A DNA stretch of 63,931 nucleotides, the filler included, from Lenisia limosa (lineage: Eukaryota > Protista > Breviatea): the NCBI GenBank assembly GCA_001655205.1. It is 13 parts of 13 records of this genome, joined end to end, with 100 filler letters (N's around TTAATTAATTAA, not from the genome) between each part and the next. Parts side by side here need not be neighbours in the genome. Positions count along the whole stretch, not along the records: positions 40,671 to 44,250 come from LPNZ01002173.1; positions 44,351 to 52,144 come from LPNZ01009993.1; positions 52,245 to 56,456 come from LPNZ01011067.1; positions 56,557 to 58,147 come from LPNZ01006071.1; 9 more parts are not named here. One strand, 5' to 3'. Shown one piece after another: positions 43,923 to 56,571 of the stretch. The position numbers and the translations under genes are program-made. The notes below the pieces were generated by a model that was not told the DNA's origin, ran no database searches, and was given only the letters and a program-made list of their open reading frames with translations. Position 1 is the first letter of the stretch. Each line of letters starts with the position of its first letter.

Positions 43923-44350
43923 CTAGGGTGGAGTGACAAAGGAAAATGTAGGGAACAAAAAAATCACAAAAATCAACTCTGCTGGTTAAACACGAAAAAC
44001 ACACGACTGTTTGAAAATAACAAAACAGACAACGCACACTACGCTTACACAAGCGGGTTTTATTAAAGGCTATTTACGAGCCACGTAACTTCTATGGGGC
44101 TTTCATCAACCCTCATTGAAAAGATTGAGGAAAAATAATAAAAATACAAGATTTCCCTCCAACGCTCTCTCTTTGCGATAGATCTCTTCAGCATCTTTCA
44201 CCATTTCACAAGCGTTTTCTATATTATAAAAAGAGATCACCTATTTTAATNNNNNNNNNNNNNNNNNNNNNNNNNNNNNNNNNNNNNNNNNNNNTTAATT
44301 AATTAANNNNNNNNNNNNNNNNNNNNNNNNNNNNNNNNNNNNNNNNNNNN

Positions 44351-44485
44351 ACAAGGTTGTATCTGGCAGAAGCCACACACCATCACGCTTATAAGAGATA
44401 TTGGATTCAAGTACAATATTAATTCACCCAATCATTTGCCCTACAACCCTGTGTACATAATTTTCTGTGAGCCTCCCCAGCATAC
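44351..44485 (-). repeat. Family B element whose first bases are a splice donor
   Basis: Open exon ...LNDLATEPDGTAAIQ is followed directly by GTATGCTGGGGAGGCTCACAGAAAA, the family B start. Confidence 0.8.
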
Positions 44486-45139
44486 TTGGATAGCGGCAGT
44501 GCCATCAGGCTCCGTGGCAAGGTCATTGAGACGCGTGAGATTGAATGTTACTGTGGCCGTACGGGAGGATAACGAGTGAACGTCCGCGCAGGTCTGAACT
44601 GGGNNNNNNNNNNNNNNNNNNNNNNNNNNNNNNNNNNNNNNNNNNNNNNNNNNNNNNNNNNNNNNNNNNNNNNNNNNNNNNNNNNNNNNNNNNNNNNNNN
44701 NNNNNNNNNNNNNNNNNNNNNNNNNNNNNNNNNNNNNNNNNNNNNNNNNNNNNNNNNNNNNNNNNNNNNNNNNNNNNNNNNNNNNNNNNNNNNNNNNNNN
44801 NNNNNNNNNNNNNNNNNNNNNNNNNNNNNNNNNNNNNNNNNNNNNNNNNNNNNNNNNNNNNNNNNNCCAGCCCCATCAAGCAGGCTTTCAAGCGTGCTGC
44901 GGATTCCAATTTCTACATTGTGAAACTAATATTCCAATAAACCTAAATGAGGCACTCTATCCCAGTCACAGACAGATACAAAGCAGGTTGCATATACATC
45001 CTGATTCATCTACCCAACACCCCACCCCAATAACTATCCCCGACCCACGTTCGGTAAAGAGTTCGCCAGATGGGCTGACGGAAGCAGGGGTACTGAGGGT
45101 GAAGGAGACAAGGAAAAGCAGGACAAATGCCAAGATCAT
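44486..45139 (-). CDS. Putative secreted/surface protein, 5' part (truncated by scaffold gap)
   Basis: ATG at 45139 gives signal-peptide-like MILAFVLLFLVSFTLSTPASVSPSGELFTE, followed by exons EIGIRSTLESLLDGAG and VQTCADVHSLSSRTATVTFNLTRLNDLATEPDGTAAIQ. Confidence 0.55.
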
Positions 45140-45432
45140 GATTGAGATTGATTTTCAGATGGGTTTGTTTCGCTAGGTTTCGGAGGCTCTGCACTCTCTG
45201 TTGTTCCTCAGCTTTCTCTCTCTTGTTCTCTGTGATTCTGTGATTCTTCCTATGTGATTCTAGACTTTTGGGTTGTTAAGAATGTTTCCTTTTCCTAACA
45301 AAAGACCGGGAAAATATCGAGAATTTATCGAGGATTCAGTCTGCGAGCCGTGAAGCTCTAACTCTAACATTGCTCTCAAACATTTGAAGTTGGTTAATTA
45401 ATTAATTACGTCAATTAATTAACGAAGCATTC

Positions 45433-48236
45433 ATGACATTTTCGGTATGGTGGTGTGATGGTCCACGCTTACGCTTCCGCTTCTCACCACCACAGGATGA
45501 AACGATAACTCTCAAGTGGATCAATCAAGATGATCCCTTATTTCAAGGTCTTCTTGCGTTGAGATACAAGTTGGGGGGGGGGGGGGANNNNNNNNNNNNN
45601 NNNNNNNNNNNNNNNNNNNNNNNNNNNNNNNNNNNNNNNNNNNNNNNNNNNNNNNNNNGACTCATTCGACCCCAAAAAAGTCGATTCGCAAATGCGTACT
45701 TTTCGCATGTCCGACGCTACATATGCGACATTAATGCGACATTTGTTGACCCTACCTCGTTTCATCCATGTATGTATTCTTCTCAACGCTCCATCCAAAT
45801 GATGATTGTGTGATACATTGTGGGAATGTTAAAGGTTACTCCATTTCTTTGGACCCAAGACCAAGAGTTCATGATCTGTGTACACACCTCGGAGGAAATT
45901 AGATATAATATACTCTATTTTAGGTAAATATATAGTACTATATATCATATGAAATATTTATATTCCTCCTAGTACATATTCCTCCAAGTGTACACAGATG
46001 TGTAAGAATGGGCAGCATTATTTTTGAATGATGGACGGTTTCAGCCAATGAAAGGCCTAATTACTTGTAGGGTACTACGAGAACCTCTTGGAATGCCACC
46101 GGGTTCAGAGAACAATGTTCTTGGTTGGTGGTGCCACATTTCATGCGGTGTAGCCTTGATTGTGACTATATAATGAGCAGCAATGAGAAATAAATAACAA
46201 GGTTGTGTCTGGNNNNNNNNNNNNNNNNNNNNNNNNNNNNNNNNNNNNNNNNNNNNNNNNNNNNNNNNNNNNNNNNNNNNNNNNNNNNNNNNNNNNNNNN
46301 NNNNNNNNNNNNNACAACTCCCAATAGAGTGTTTGCAAATCGGAATTTATGAATATATCATCTACTATATATCATACAAATATTGTACAATATTTTATGT
46401 AACGTGACCGTATTCCTTGGCCGATAATTTCAGTGTTATGATACATTGTATTCTCTTGGTATTAGTTACTGTGCAGGGCTTTTTTCATAAAGCTACCCCT
46501 TGTAGTTCTGCTTGGGAGGCACGCAGAAAGTTGTGTGAACAAAAATGATTGGGTGAATTAATATTATACTATATACTCCAATATCTCTTATAAGCGTGAT
46601 GGGCGGCTTCGGGCAGATACAACCTTGTTTTAATTCTCATCTCTATCTCATCTCATATACATGTACATGTGTATAATATTAAATATATGGTAAAATATTC
46701 CATTTTGATAGGTTATTATTAAACATTCACTCAAGTTGCTCAGTGGATATAGTAGTTGTTATGCATTTAATGATTGTAGATGATGAGAATGCCCGTTTTT
46801 TAGTGGCAATTAAAGGAAACAAAGTTTGATGGGTCTAACAATGGGTATTGGGTACGGCATATTAGCTGGAACCTCAAGGTGATCTAATTGTTATATCTTG
46901 GGTTTTGTTTTTTCAAATGTGTATGATTACTCGGGCTTCACTTCGGTTCAAAAAATAAACTGAATTTCTCAATAATCCTCGAAAACTGTCGATATTCAAC
47001 CCGAATTTTCCTAACCGAAGTGAAGCCCTAATGATGACTATTGTCACTCAGCCAAAATTTGTATAATGTACCCCTGAGCGCTTCTTCTAAGCAACCTCAC
47101 TGGCCTCATAGACCTAATCCTACAAGCAGGGCTTCACTTCGATTCCAAAAAGACTGAATTTCTCTATAAATCCGAAAACTATCGAATATTTCACTAACCG
47201 AAGTGAATCTGTACCTACAAGCCACTTATAATCAGTGCTCCCTCGAGTACGTTTTCAATAAGCCCAAGTGGTTTTTTCGCAGAGGTGAAGAGGCCTTTTC
47301 TGATCCACTTCACCAATGAAGTGGAACACCCGCTGTGTAGTGGTGAAGAAAAGGCCGATAAACCGAAGCAGGAAGATCGAGTGGTATTTCGTTGGGAAAC
47401 ACCGAGAATCTTTCTGGAAAACACTTCATCAATTGTATTATGATAGATGTTAACGCTTTCAAAAGGTCGTATTATCGGATTTATGAAAAAAATAACCCCA
47501 AAATTTACGAAATATCTAGGTTGTGGCAACCGTTTCGTACACTCACCGCTATCAAGGTGCGAATGCCGGAGTTATAAAACTCTTCCAGATGGCTGTAGTA
47601 GGAGGGACAGTCACAGTAATGATGTTGGTTGAGCCAATTTGGAGGACTTTTTTTGAAAACTAATTCACATCTTAAATTTAAACTAATCATTCCTGTTTCA
47701 TCTTTTCAAAATCAAAATAGTAGATTATATTTTCGTTTTTATAGCCGCCCCCCCCCCACCATTAATTTATTTTATTAGTCCCCAGAATCTGTTGGGCTTG
47801 GCCTTGGTATGAAGGGGGAAAACCTTTTGTGAACTAAGCACTACTGTTCCCAATTTACCTGCTAATTTCTTTAGGAACAAATGTTGTGAAAGAAATGCAC
47901 AAGCTTGCGAAAGAGGAAGGACACAAAACAGGTTAGTATTGGGTTTGTACAATGCGGACAAGGGTTTAGTTTTCAAATGAATGAGAAATAAAGATGTATC
48001 TGGCCGAAGCCTGGAAATAGCAATTGTTGATTAAATTTTAGTGAAGGCAAATGTGAGGCAAGTTGCTGAAGAGTTTTACAGGAAAATGGGTTATTCCCTC
48101 TCGGAAGACACTTTTGTTGAGGTGGGAAATTTTTCAGTAAATCAATCAAATCATCGTATTCTTCTTTGTAACAGTTCTTTAGGTTGGAATAGATCACCGT
48201 ACTGGTCTGTTTGACCTTACCAAGGCGCAACAATAA
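45433..48236 (+). CDS. GNAT-family N-acetyltransferase (YjcF/ElaA-like), complete, 9 exons, ~159 aa
   Basis: Exons 45433-45444, 45496-45569, 46071-46123, 46780-46823, 47520-47597, 47779-47806, 47875-47931, 48042-48121 and 48183-48236 join in phase. Key segments: LLALRYKVLREPLGMPPGSE, IKLFQMAVSPESVGLGLGTNVVKEMHKLAKEEG, KANVRQVAEEFYRKMGYSLSEDTFVEVGIDH. Confidence 0.88.
46931..47030. mobile_element. hAT-type MITE (GNAT intron)
   Basis: TIRs present; TSD ATGATTAC / ATGATGAC (7/8). Confidence 0.88.
47127..47213. mobile_element. hAT-type MITE (GNAT intron)
   Basis: TIRs partly decayed; perfect 8-bp TSD CCTACAAG at 47119-47126 and 47214-47221. Confidence 0.9.
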
Positions 48237-48332
48237 AGTGTGAGGTCTCCATATGGTGGAAATTGTTTATGGTGTGCGAAGTCAAATATATTAGTCTGAT
48301 AAAATACATAATAGAACACTAGTGTGTTTGAA

Positions 48333-51310
48333 TTAGCTGCTGTGGAATCTTTCCTGAGATGTGAATTTTTGTGTTACCATAATAGAAAAAGAGAAACCCA
48401 ACATTGATTTCCTTGAGAGTGGTTGATTTTGGGCGTTCAATTGGAAGAGCCAAGCCTCGAGACAGCACGTTGGATGATACAATGCCTAGTTGTCACAAAC
48501 GGATGTTCCCTACCCATAGACCTGGAAACTGCGAAGAGAACAGTGTAGAACTCAGGTTCGGGAATTCCTGCCCAAGAAAGAAGCGCTCCTGGTGTTTAGT
48601 AAACTGGGAATTTCGACCAATTCATGTATCTTGCTAACCTTAATTCTCAAAAACCCCCTTTGAATAATGTGAATAATGGTATCCCAATTACCACTGTGAC
48701 AATCAACATTTGGATAAGGGTTCTTGACCTTGCCTTGTTTCGCCAAAAGATCAGGAACCACCTAAACACAATGGTCACTACTTGCGTATATGCTTTCATT
48801 TGGATCAATTTACCTTAAACAGGATGTCAACAAGCGAGAAAAGAGGATCATTCTTCATAAACTCCAGTCCAAATTCTCTTTCAAGAATGTATCTAATTGA
48901 TTACATGGATTTCTATTACAGACATCAACAACATGAGGTACCATAGTACCTAGGGTCAGTTCGTCTGAGAACCGCATGCCCTAAACGGTCAAGTTGTCAA
49001 AACAATTATCACTCCTTCATTGTGACATGTAATATGCCCAAAATACACGTCACATAGGGTTACCACCAACCGAAACCGGGAATAACCTCTCGATTGTCCA
49101 ATTTCTGCTGAACAATTTGCCTGACATCAGATTCATTGTATGACTCCCCCTCCTGTAAACGTCAAAATAGAAAGGACAGAATTTTGTGAATTTGCAATTA
49201 AAAGGACAAACCATACCGCCAAGGCTGGCAGCTGGTCCTGAATTCGTCTTATAAAAATCAGTGCTTCCTAAAAATATGAAGGAAACAAACCTTGATATTT
49301 CACCACAGTTTGCCACAACTGCGCATCGACTTGGGATTCCTTTAGAGTGTCTGGGAATCCCATAAATTTCTTCAGATTTCCACAAAGTTACATTAGATTC
49401 ACGTGTAAACAATAATAATCCCAGCTTTTTCATTATCCCAAGTCAATGCGCCGTAGTGCATGAATGGATTCAGTTACCTGATTTGCAAGACCGTGAAGAG
49501 GGCCGGCTAGTCCATTGATACCTATTCGGTCAATTTCAATTTGAAATGGACAGCTTCACACCAAGCGCTTCACTTTGGTTCGAAAAAAGACTGGATTTTC
49601 TTGATAAACCTTCGATACCTATCGATATGTTTCCGTCTTTTATGAATCGAAGTGAAGCCCTATTCACACCTCCAGAAACCGAGTAGTAGACATCTGCCAA
49701 CGCTGATCCGATAACATGGGCTGTGTGGGCCGAGACATTACCACCTAGTTTTGTTATTGATAAATGATTTCACCTGTAACAGGTTTTAGCACTCTTACAC
49801 ACACCCTCATGATCACAATGAAGCATCATATAAAGTCGCATTACGTCGTACGATTTGGAGTCTGTAAGTCCTGTTTGAAAGTTAGTACACACATATTTCA
49901 AACCAATCATCTTGCAAAATGCTTCTGAGATTCCAATTTTCTCGGGCATACAGTAAGAAGTCTGTAAAGTGTCAGGAGAATATTTGACTCACAGTTTGGT
50001 TGCGATATTTTCTATTGTACACATGTGCGGCGAGGACAGGAATTCGGGCACTACATTTATAATAGAAATATGACAACAAGATATTGATTACAGAACGAAC
50101 TAAATTACGTATCAAACAAGGGACAAAGGGGACAAAGTAAGAGTTTCATTGTTTCGGAACTCCTGCTTGACGCTTTCTTGGGAAAAGAAGCCCATTTACA
50201 CAAGGGCCAAAGCATCAGTGAGCGCTGGTCGCCAAAGATGCTCTCTCGGAAGTCCTTGGGAGTATTCCTAAACACAAATCAGAATTATGGCTCCCAACAC
50301 AAACCTTGGCAAAGAAAGACTCGGACTGCATGGACACTATTGCTGAGGATAACATTGCCATAGGGTGTGAATCATTTGGGAACGAGTCAATGATCTGAAG
50401 GAGTCATTTCACTCTCTCAACTTGACAAACTTGAAGGCTGTGTTTAGGAGTGGTACAGGCCAAGTGATGAAGGCATGCTGAAAGATCTGATTGATGAGAA
50501 AACAGAAAGACCCCCACCATGACAATTTGCTTCAGTTGGTAATTTGCTTGTCAGAAGAAGCCACAAAACACCTTCCGAAAGAGCTTGTGAACTATCTAAA
50601 GAGGTGTCATGACTTTGTCAAACATCATACTATTGACACATAATGATCATATCGAAATATATTGCTATATATATATAATATATATATATTTGTATGTGAT
50701 AAAATTATGACAAAATATGTATTACTTCAGCAATAATTCCTCAAACTTGGTGCTCTGGGAAGAAGCTGTTGTAGTTCGTGCATTGAATGTCCCCTAACTC
50801 TGTTCGAAATTACAACAGTTAGGAAGAGAACAAACCTAATGCCTTGAACAGGGTCCAAAAGGGACGTTTCTGTTAACAAATTAACCATTCCCCTCTGTCC
50901 ATTGAGCATCTAATACGTGTTATTACATGGTAAAACGATTGGTGAGACAAAGTCACCAACCTGTTCCACTGTGTAGCAACCCATTGTTTCTCCTCCATGC
51001 CTAAAACAATTATTGAATAAAGGGCAATAAATTGGCTCAAATAAAATCAAGTATGGCAAAGACCCACACACTCTTTTTTTATTTGTTTTAAAACCTGTCG
51101 TTTTTTCTCGATCTCCTCTTCCACACTGTCAAATAACTGTTGCACCTGGAGATTCAATTTTTATTGGATTATCTCACCACAGGAGTTTTGGGAAGAATTG
51201 AGAGTATCCTTCTTTGAGTTGAAAATGCCTAAATAGTAATAACGATATTTGTAGTTTGTATAATTGTTATTGCGTTATTGTCCCATCCACCCTTTGAAAG
51301 AGACCTGAAG
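48333..51310 (-). CDS. CS: Citrate synthase (eukaryotic type), at least 20 exons; 5' end uncertain
   Basis: [135 protein letters not shown]. The catalytic His/His/Asp motifs are present. Stop TAA at 48333-48335. Confidence 0.97.
49563..49662. mobile_element. hAT-type MITE (citrate synthase intron)
   Basis: Perfect 8-bp TSD TTCACACC at 49555-49562 and 49663-49670. Confidence 0.9.
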
Positions 51311-51877
51311 ATAACTTCAGCATTTTGTGCCTGTTGTTATCTCAGTGTTGCTATCAGTTTTGTTAATTTGTTAATTATTTCGAATTTAATTATGGCAAGG
51401 TTTGGGAAGAGGGCAGGGAGGTGGGAAGAAATGTACACAATGCCACTTACCAAATGCGGAAGACCGTTTTCAATTTTACTCAGACCATCACACCATCACC
51501 ATCGTTGTGATTTTTTGTGTATGAAATTGTAACAGAACTGAAAAAAAAGAAAAGAGAGGGCGTGGCCAAACGAAGCGACTCAACTGCAACCGGGGTTGGA
51601 GTAGTACTTTATCTGTATATGAGCTTAAAATTGACGATAATTCTTCTTAGATTAATTGTATCTTGACAATAATTCTTTAGGTGAATTGTATCTTTTCTCA
51701 TATTCTTTGTACAGAATCTTTCTTTCTTTTTAGTGTAATTTGTTCAATCTGTTCAAAAAAAAAAAGGCGTGATTTCAAAACAAATAAAAAGCGAATCTCT
51801 GAAACCCAAGAAGCGATTTTGTGGGAAGGGGAAACCATAAAAATACATTAGGAGCGACAGATCACGTTGATCTAGAC

Positions 51878-52144
51878 CTTGGCCTTGGGAGTGACATCGG
51901 AGGGTTGGATGGAGCGCAGAATAATTTGGTCGCGGCCATGGGGCTTGTCTCCCTGTCGGAGTAAAAATGGAAATTAATGTAACGCCGCCATAGAGATGAG
52001 GAGGGAGTATTGTTAATCAGTGTTCAGGTATGAAATAGGGCCCCCTTCCTCCCGCACCTCATCCCAGGTGTAACTCGCAGCAACGGCCAAGATATTGCCA
52101 GCGTAGTTAAAGGAGAGTGAGGCAACGCTGTTGGAGTAGCGGGG
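51878..52144 (-). CDS. BUB3: BUB3 mitotic checkpoint WD40 protein, C-terminal exons only
   Basis: PRYSNSVASLSFNYAGNILAVAASYTWDE and GDKPHGRDQIILRSIQPSDVTPKAK match the BUB3 C-terminus (YPTSIASLAFS.DG..LAIASSY...HP.D.I.IR.V...E.KPK) better than RAE1. Confidence 0.8.
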
Positions 52145-52244
52145 NNNNNNNNNNNNNNNNNNNNNNNNNNNNNNNNNNNNNNNNNNNNTTAATTAATTAA
52201 NNNNNNNNNNNNNNNNNNNNNNNNNNNNNNNNNNNNNNNNNNNN

Positions 52245-54380
52245 TGACGTTGGACCTATCACCGAAGGAGTACCGCAAATCGCAGTTGTACCAATGGCAC
52301 CTGTTCACCTGGTGAGCAGATTGTTACAATCAAGGAGGATGAGGTTGTTGCAAAATTGGAGGANNNNNNNNNNNNNNNNNNNNNNNNNNNNNNNNNNNNN
52401 NNNNNNNNNNNNNNNNNNNNNNNNNNNNNNNNNNNNNNNNNNNNNNNNNNNNNNNNNNNNNNNNNNNNNNNNNNNNNNNNNNNNNNNNNNNNNNNNNNNN
52501 NNNNNNNNNNNNNNNNNNNNNNNNNNNCCGCTGCAGTTGGCCCAAGGGGTGTCACAGACAGCGAGGAAAAGGTCGACTTCAGCAGGAGTGAGCTGATCAC
52601 GGTACTTCTACCCAAGCGTCTTTGGCACGGCAGCGTCCTCATTCTCCTTGGCAATCTCAATCAAGGAAATGAGCTCGGGGGTGTTCAGAATGCAGGAATA
52701 GGTGGCAAAGTGGCTTGGGTGAAGTGAACTGTCCCAGAAAGGTGGACGGCAAGGCTGGAAGGATCAACTGAGAGGCCACTTTCAACAGTGACAACAATAC
52801 CTCCAGCAGCGAAAGCACTTTTGATCTTTTGGGGAGAGGAGGCAGTATGGAAGGCGGTGGTTTGGGAGGTGTGAGATGGAAGGAGATAAACAAAGATATC
52901 GTGGAGAAAAAAGTATCGGAGTAGTGCAGGAGCATATCTTGACAGGTGACCGTCAAGGATAAGAAGGGCAGGAGCATTGGAGGGGAGGCCAAGCTTTTGG
53001 CGTTGCTCCTTGACAGCAGGTACAAATACATCAAATCCCAGCCGTAAAAGATTCCACGTTCTTATAGAATACAGAGAAGCAATAATGGTATCATTATTCT
53101 TCAAAATAGACAAAGTCAACTCACAAGATTCAAAGAAAAAAGGATAACTTCAAAAACAACACAATAATCCACAATACCTACCATCCATTGGGTGCATGAT
53201 ATGCCTTGGCACAATACTCTTTGGGGATGGCCTCTTCTTTTTTCACAGTCTTCTGCTTTACAAAAAACACAGGAAGGACTTGAAGAGGACCAGTGCTATA
53301 CAAGTGAGAAAGGATTTCAGCGTTTTCTCACCCCCACCCCTCAACTATCAGAAGTATTTACCCCTCCCCTCTTCTCATAAATAATCATTTTCTCAAAGTA
53401 TAAATGCAATTTATTTTCATCCCACAAACGCAATGGTTCCAATGAAAGTGATGTGGCTTGGGAGTGGGAGTCTTGCCGTAAGTTATTTTTGCATCCTTCA
53501 GCTGGATAACCTTTGTCTTGAATTTATTCCAGACCATACCAGAATGGAAAGACTTGTCGTCAATGACAGAGGTAAATTTATCAATATGGGGATCCGAGGT
53601 GACACCGAGGTGACACTGATCCAGAAGTTTAACCAAAACTACAATTCGCAAAAAAAGTACATAGTTTTGTAGCTACTATAAATATAAGAATATTCGAGGA
53701 TTGGTTGAGAGATGAGAAGTTCCGAGTGTCATCTTTTGAAAATCGAGTGTCCAACTCTGAAGATCATGATGACCTTTGTGATTATTTACAATGTTTTATG
53801 ATGATCCATCAAGTAACTATAGTAGGCCTTGACTACTGCCAAAGAATTCGGCACTACTACCCCTGAACACCCTCCATGCAAGGACTGGGCCAAGGATTGG
53901 CTCAAGAAGAATGCTGACATCTTGAAACTTGTGGTTGGTTGGTGATATTCCTCGGAACATAGTGACAACTACACAGTAGCTATCATCATTACTAGCCACC
54001 AGAAACACTCAATTAAATCATCCCAAATGCTTATAATCCCTTTTATAACGCTCACAGACCCCCAATGTACTAGACTCGGCAAGTGAAGGTCCTCTTATGT
54101 AGCATGCAGCTTCCCTTGCCTCCATACTAGTTTTTTGTCTTTGTTTATTTTGGAGTGAGTTTTGAGTTCATGTCCTTCTATTTAACTCTTCTCTTGCGTG
54201 TTTCTATTTTAATATGAAAGTGGGCTGATCTTCTCGGTGTTTTTTCTTTGAAAACTTTTTTTGTTTTAGATACACTGACTACGACCTTCAACCACAGTTT
54301 GTCACCCCTGTGAACAAGGGCACTATCAGGTTCCGGGAAGCCGTCCGGTGTTGCGTCTCTGGTACCCCCTTTCACGCTTT
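52245..54380 (-). mobile_element. Degenerate pogo/Fot1-type DDE_1 transposase
   Basis: FDVFVPAVKEQRQKLGLPSNAPALLILDGHLSRYAPALLRYFFLHDIFVYLLPSHTSQ is a typical DDE_1 core. It jumps straight to KIKSAFAAGGI, so the LQPLD segment is deleted. Frameshifts and stops elsewhere. Confidence 0.85.
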
Positions 54381-54721
54381 TTAGTAGGCAATATTACAAT
54401 GTATTTGTTTACCCAATTCAGCTTTAGAATGATTGCGTCTTTGAAAGAAAACAAACACCCTCTGCAAAGATGCCTTTATTAAGAACAGTAACAGATTTCA
54501 TAGTTTGTTTATTTCTTAATACTTATTCATTCAGGTTTGGTCCACTCTCCAAGGGGAATACCTTGATTTAATCAAGGTGAAAAATGTTCAAGTATCATTG
54601 GACTGCAGGTGGTGTAAAGTAGGTGGTGTTTCACAAAGTGGACACTAAACTTCAACAAATATAAATATTTTATTTACCTATTCAACTTTATTTTTTTTGG
54701 ATTATCAGGTATTTATTGGTA

Positions 54722-54880
54722 GCGCTATGACTGGAACTCTACCGATGCCCTGACCTTCATTTGTGCTGATGGCAAGATCCTGGACTTTGAGATTCTGCAT
54801 CGTGATACCCCATCTGGATCCAAATCCAGAAACGGGGAGGAGTGCGTGGATCACATAGCCAAGGCGGCTCTTGACCCCCT
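54722..54880 (+). mobile_element. Possible transposase exon fragment
   Basis: RYDWNSTDALTFICADGKILDFEILH resembles the T...C.SADG..LP motif of pogo/Tc1 transposases. Confidence 0.3.
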
Positions 54881-56571
54881 TTTTTTCTTGTTATCAAAGT
54901 GAAACTTATTCTGTATTAATCTTGCAACTCACAACCCCCTCATACAATCGTACCTCATGGGTCTCATGCACGTGCGTTGTCCCCAATTGCAAGAATAGGA
55001 CTGCTTGGAGAAGAATTGTAGGTTTTGGCNNNNNNNNNNNNNNNNNNNNNNNNNNNNNNNNNNNNNNNNNNNNNNNNNNNNNNNNNNNNNNNNNNNNNNN
55101 NNNNNNNNNNNNNNNNNNNNNNNNNNNNNNNNNNNNNNNNNNNNNNNNNNNNNNNNNNNNNNNGATTAAATACTACGGGCCCACGATTTTTAGCCTTCGG
55201 AATTTTCTTGCCTGTTGTTATTAGAATGCAGCTCATGGGAAAATAGGAATTTTTTTGTTCTGGTTCAAGATTTCTCGATACTCCAAATTCTTAGCTTTTC
55301 CCTACCATCATCTTTATCCTTTCAATAGGCTTTTCTTACCTGGTAGCTCGTCTATTACGCTACAAATTATTAATTGATAGAGTTTTGATATTATTAATTA
55401 TTATTGACCATAAGACCTAGGAGGTATATATAATCTACAGTATGAGGAGTCAAGATGAAATCCTTAAATTGTGTGACTGGGGCGGAATCGAGGAAAACAT
55501 TCTCAGGTTCAAGAAAAAAAAATCCGAGGAAAAGGCAAATCAGGTGCCAGAAAACTAAGCCAAATCTGGTATTAACCGATCCTTCAATTTTACATATTAT
55601 TTTAGTTGTTATGAGAAATAAGAAGCAATATTCAAGAGCTTATCTTAATGTTAACTAGATTATCCATCAGAAGAGAAGTGGAGAATGGTGCGTAAGAAGA
55701 AATGTTTGGGTAGGAGAAGATCAAATACCTTCTATTTTTGATGCGAAAGTGTTTAATATTGTTGTTACACTTTCTTGCTTTCAGAATTCAACGCCTCTTT
55801 GCAGCTGTTACCTTTGATACTGAAACTCACACCAAAACAAGTTTGTTTTGAAAATATAAAAAAACTAACCAGTTCGGGAATTATGTTATTTTTATCATTT
55901 TCGTTTTACATTGTGGCAAAAACGGTCGCATAATAGTACTCATATGATTAATAATTGTCTACAGGTTAGAAGCCAAGCATCAAGGAGATAGATAATTGTT
56001 GAAGTGGAGAAATTTAGACGGAAACACACACAAACGGAACCACTGGTGTCACCGCGCTCGTGCTTGGGGTCCAGCTTTGTCTCAACTGAGTTGGTGCACA
56101 TGGCTGGAGACGTGAGAATTGAAATTATGAATATCATTCCCTATGAAACAACTATATTAATACATGTCACAGCGCAAGGTATCAATTTCATGATAATGTG
56201 TTATCATATGATACATATATGCTAGGCAACCTAAACTCCGTATTCTATTCCAAAACTCCGTATTCTATTTTTTAAAAAATACTTACCATAAAATCTCGCT
56301 TTTTCTCCATTATTACTCATGAACACCTCATTAGTATCGTATTTCGGAATGTATAAAAACAGAAAGGTTGAAAAAATTTAGACTCAATTCTAATTATATA
56401 CTTGAACAAAACATCTGGCTTCAAAACAACAACAAAAACACACAAATCTAAGCAAGNNNNNNNNNNNNNNNNNNNNNNNNNNNNNNNNNNNNNNNNNNNN
56501 TTAATTAATTAANNNNNNNNNNNNNNNNNNNNNNNNNNNNNNNNNNNNNNNNNNNNTCCCTTACGCACCAG

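Noticed and set aside
45394-45422. Native-looking TTAATTAATTAATTA run just upstream of the GNAT start, between divergent genes
   Set aside because: It cannot be distinguished from a gap-filled linker remnant or a chance AT-rich run, and there is no evidence for a regulatory role.
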